Origin: Bugula neritina
Lineage: Eukaryota > Animalia > Bryozoa
Assembly (NCBI GenBank): GCA_964035545.1
Contig: OZ037769.1
Coordinates: forward strand, 2,170,001 to 2,234,000
Reading direction: 5' to 3'
Length of the DNA stretch: 64,000 bases
Part shown: positions 59,901-64,000 of the stretch, piece by piece
Layout: every line of letters begins with the position of its first letter
Numbering within the stretch: the stretch's first letter is position 1
Program-made: the position numbers and the translations under genes
Notes under the pieces: model-generated
Seen by the model: the letters and a program-made list of their open reading frames with translations, nothing else
Databases searched by the model: none
What the model was told of the DNA's origin: nothing

Positions 59901-62900
59901 TGAACTACAATTTATGTTTGGTTTATAAGTTATTCATTTTCACTATACCTGATATCTGTTGATGACTCCATTAGGTTGACTTGGAGAACTCCATTGTATG
60001 AATATACAGCTTTCATTATAGGACTCATTCCTCAGTATTACAGGAGAATCATATGGCTCTAAATGACCGTGAATAGTAATATATTATATAACTTCTGAAA
60101 GCACTCGAAGCTTTACATCTAATTTTAGTGCTGAAGTAGCAATTGTAGAAAAGTTTATTCAGCAATGAGGTGTATAGATGAAAATTACCTGACATATGCC
60201 AAATTTCCATATAGGTGTACAGGCGATAAGAAGTGTGTATTATAGAGAAATAAAATTACCTCGTGTTTATGTGCTATTAAATTTTTTTTAAATGATTTAA
60301 ATGAACCTAAACAGAATTAATTAGTGTAAGTCAAATTAAGGGTTATGTCAATACATTAAAACAGAATGTTAATTTAGCAACAATTGCGAAAGTAGGTAAC
60401 ACTTTAAATACCTAGTTCCCAGGTTTCAATAACCAACGTGGTTTCTGTTGTCAGATCTTCGTTATTAGTAACCTTGACTTGTATTGTGTAGTTCTTGTAT
60501 GGTAGAAGGTTGTTGATGTAGCTGTTGTGATTTAAATAGACTGTGGAACTGTTCAGTTTGAATTCTCTTGACTTAACTCCCCCACAATTGAGGTTGAAAT
60601 CCTACAACAACAAAAGAACATGCTATTTGCTGTTCATAGGCATAACATGTGAAGTCATAACAAATTGTCCAATGAAACTGTTTACTACATACCTCAAGAG
60701 GAAGGCTAAATTTGACTCTAATCTCTCGTCTGTTTGATCCACCTGGAGTATATCTACTTTGAATCAGGTACTTAGAAAGATCCGTTGGTAGGGCTGGTGC
60801 TGCAATAAAAGCAACGGATAGTTTTTTAGAATATAATTATAATATCTCATTTTATAGATATCTGATCAATTTTTACCAGATTAAAAATAATATGCTATAT
60901 ATCTTACAATATTTAGATTTGGGGAAAACTAGTAGAAAACTGAACCTTGAATTTTTTTCTAGCATCAGATTAAAATATTTATTTATGGTATATTTATGGT
61001 ACTTGTAGCGTTTTGATCATTTTTTATTATATTACACACTACTATATACACAGGACAATTCATCACCATTCTTCCTTATACTCACTTAGCTACTCACTTA
61101 GCTACTCACTTAGCTACTCACTTAGCTACTCACTTAGCTACTCACTTAGCTACTCACTTAGCTACTCACTTAGCTACTCACTTAGCTACTCACTTAGCTA
61201 CTCACTTAGCTACTCACTTAGCTACTCACTTAGCTACTCACTTAGCTACTCACTTAGCTACTCACTTAGCTACTCACTTAGCTACTCACTTAGCTACTCA
61301 CTTAGCTACTCACTTAGCTACTCACTTAGCTAGTCACTTAACCACAGCTTTTTTTAAACCACAAATAGCTTTGTTCTCAATATTACAATGCAATGATTTT
61401 TGCTACCAGAATAGCTGTCAGCTTTTTATAGCTTGTAGCCAGAAATTATAGTAGCTGAGTTATTTTATGCCTTCATGCCAGTCTGATGCTTTTCTCTACT
61501 GACTGTTGTAATTCTCATTAGTCATTTTTGATTTTGTACATTATACTTGTAGATATTTAAACTTTCACTATCATAACTTTATATATTTTATTCTAACTCT
61601 CCCCAGGAAGGGTAATAGAAGTATGTAGCACATTGTTATGCAACAATTTTGTAGTGTTTTATGTTATATTTTTCTTGTCATCAATGTCTCTATAATTATT
61701 AAATTGTATTATTGTAGTTTCACGTTGGTTACCAGTTGGTTTCAATAAACATCAGCAAAACTCCAGCAGTGCAACCTATTACTAATAAACTTGGGTAGAA
61801 GCTACAGTAGTAAAGCAACAAGCTAGATCAATGTATAATGGTATTGGCACCTGACTCACCAGCACAATCTATTGTCACACTGTCTGTAGATATTTCACTA
61901 TCTTTATACCCTTGGGAGTTACTCTCTCTTCTAGCTCTAATATCACAGATTACTGGTTCATATAGCACATATCCACAGAGTTCCTTGTTGTCAGGGACTT
62001 TCGACCATTGCTGATTTCTGCACCTTATCTGACATTGAAAAAAGCTAATATATATACATTGTTGCACTTTATTTTCTGTTTCAATTGAAATTATAGGTAA
62101 TCTTTCTATTTACAATTTATGTCATCATGCAATTATAAATGTTCATTGTTGCTTTACCTGGTATACTAATCCACTCTTTGGTCCATTAGGATAGAGTACA
62201 GGGTCATAACTCAGACTAATACATGTGGAAGATAGAGCTGTTAGTTTAAAGTTTCTTGGTGCTATTTGAGGAGCTACAAAGAGATGGTAGCATAATTGGC
62301 TAGATCTGTTTTTAAAGTAAAATTATATTTATTAATAAATCAACAAGACTGAATAAATTGTTAAATTAACTCTTCTCATTAACATAAAATAAAACTCAAC
62401 TTTAACTTCGATTATTTTCTAAACCTATGATTGGTGCATCTTATTGTTTGACTTTTTATCAATAATTATTTTCTCTAAATGACAAATACAGTGTTAATAA
62501 AATTAAAACAAGCTAAAGTTCGTCTGCTAATAAGAGAACAGAGGCTTTTTACAAGTTTCTCTGGGAACATTTGTATTTCAAAGTTGTCTCCCCTTAGTCG
62601 GGCACGCCGTAGTCTCCATGATATATAGAACAAGCACATAAATTCAGTAAAAATTTAAGGTTTGTGTAAAGACTGTTGCTAGTACGAGTTTCATTTTTCT
62701 GAGATTAATATTTTGGCATAAGCACACAGATTAATTTTTTTCAAAAATCTTGAGAAAAATTAACTTCAAATCATGTTTGTGGTTTTGGTTACTGCATGTG
62801 CAAGCTGAATTGGCATCTATAATTAATATAAATTCCATCAATCATTTGTTATGCTGGCTCTCATGTTCAATTCATAGCTGTTGACCTTTCAACTCTTTGG

Positions 62901-64000
62901 TCAGAAACTGATATTAACACAGTCTTAGAGCTCTGCTAATGAATGAAACAGCAGATTAGCTGTGTTAGCATTTTCAATTAAATATACTTACACACTTACG
63001 TTATGTGAGTAGCTAGACTATAACCTCAGCATCCATCATTTTCACAAAAAAGCATTCTCATAAAAATATAAGTATAATTATGTTAAATAGACAGAGTAAA
63101 TTTGTAGCATCAAAATGATCTGTGATATAGCATGTGCACTTAACTATACTTTGAAAAGTTTGTGCTACATTATGTTCAAGGGACTGTGAATGCTTTACAT
63201 AGTTTAATGTCAACAGCTATAAATTGAACATGACAGCCAGCATAACAAATGATTGATGGAACTTATATCATAGTTGCCAAATCAGCTTGCTCATGCAGTA
63301 ACCAAAACCACAAACATGCTTTGAAGTTAATTTTTCTCAAAATTTTTAAAGAAAGGAAATTTTTAACTTTTTTCTAGAACTGCTAATCTGCATGTGTGCT
63401 TATGCCAAAATATTGATCTTAGACAAAATGGAACTCGTACTAGCAATAGTCTTCACACAAACCTTAATTTTTTACTAATTTTATGTGTGCTTGTTTTATA
63501 TATCATGGAGACTACAGCTCGCCCATCTCGTAGGAAACAACTTTAAAATACAAATGTCCCCAAAGGGACTTGCGAAAAGCCTCTATTAATTCTTAACTTT
63601 CAATGATATTTTGAATTTTTGAGTATTATTCTTGTTCAACAACAAAAACATTAGTCAAGCTTAGGTTGAAGCTGAACATAATTACACACGGTCATGAATG
63701 TATCAGTATCATAATAAAGTCTTGGTCTGTATGCGTGACTGTTTAGTTTAGTTTATAGAGTTAAAAATATAATAGCTATAAGTGTATCCTATATATCACT
63801 TAATACTCAATAGATAGGTAAACATACGCAGTCCTTGTTGGGTGACAATAGATTTCCTCACAGATTCAGATAAATTTCCATTCCTCTGTATCAACCAGAC
63901 TTCAGCTGATACACCAACATTACCATCTCTGTATATAGTTGTATTAGTAGATGTAGAGCTACTTAGAATTGTCTTATCATCTATATTCAGTTTGTATCTG
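53963..64000 (-). CDS. FN3-repeat / Sushi single-pass receptor with Tyr-motif tail; phosphatase-less paralogue of the RPTP ectodomain (5' part beyond the window)
   Basis: Exons: >64000-63828, 62273-62158, 62028-61860, 60799-60693, 60601-60412, 60058-59949, 59026-58843, 58390-58305, 58018-57799, 57470-57367, 57128-56948, 56820-56721, 55808-55556, 55222-55171. The 13 complete ones have lengths identical to RPTP exons 16-28. Then a Sushi exon 54807-54604 and a terminal exon 54327-53963 (TM VIGLSVGVSSGVLILVTITMTVIL, KKRWR, Tyr-rich tail, TAA). Frame is intact throughout. Confidence 0.88.
54604..54807 (-). other. Sushi/CCP domain exon (phase 1-1)
   Basis: YCSAPPVVENA...GTTALYSCEEGFYITGQPEIVC...WKGGIPTC shows the four-Cys plus Trp CCP consensus. 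Confidence 0.9.
59817..59886. repeat. Perfect 70-bp spacerless palindrome
   Basis: cctagtacaaaaatttatagcaatcttgctgcatg|catgcagcaagattgctataaatttttgtactagg. Confidence 0.97.
61002..61807. mobile_element. 806-bp insertion with TA (or GTA) target duplication carrying a (CTCACTTAGCTA)n array at 61079-61340
   Basis: The paralogous intron (32631-32650) reads tatttatggTAgtaaagcaa uninterrupted; here it reads tatttatggTA[cttgtagcg...gaagctacag]TAgtaaagcaa. Confidence 0.75.
62540..63584. repeat. Long imperfect inverted repeat (arms 62540-62885 and 63209-63584)
   Basis: The arms are reverse complements (e.g. catgtttgtggttttggttactgcatg vs catgcagtaaccaaaaccacaaacatg); one homologous copy lies at 33256-33867. 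Confidence 0.85.

Noticed and set aside
53963-64000. Upstream gene as an uncollapsed allelic copy of the RPTP
   Set aside because: Several introns are unalignable, some exons are strongly diverged, and the 3' exons are entirely different, which fits a paralogue. Read depth would settle it.

Overview
AT-rich, intron-rich animal (invertebrate-type) genomic DNA; the species cannot be determined from the sequence. I reconstructed four spliced genes by hand from splice sites and reading phase. (1) The 3' part of carnitine O-acetyltransferase (+, to 3808, ending in the peroxisomal signal AKL). (2) A complete AP-3 complex beta subunit (-, 15430..4613, 22 coding exons, 1077 aa, one GC-AG intron). (3) A complete receptor tyrosine phosphatase (RPTP; -, 51525..17736, 46 exons, about 2057 aa): signal peptide, degenerate F-type-lectin-like domain, 11 FN3-like repeats, furin site, TM, active D1 and inactive-looking D2. 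(4) Upstream on the same strand, the 3' part of a paralogous receptor with the same ectodomain exons. It ends instead in a Sushi domain, a different TM and a short tail with five Tyr-x-x-hydrophobic motifs, with no phosphatase. Main observations: (a) genes 3 and 4 look like a paired 'phosphatase versus phosphotyrosine-docking' receptor system with patchy sequence homogenisation; (b) minisatellites repeatedly amplify the splice junction itself, in three unrelated genes; (c) a 1.78-kb (AGTAAC)n array is inserted exactly at a 3' splice site with a 6-bp target duplication that regenerates the acceptor. Introns also hold tRNA-derived SINEs, a MITE family, a decayed DNA transposon with nested LINE and MITE, a 70-bp perfect palindrome and a long fold-back. 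All exon coordinates are manual and unverified by transcript data.
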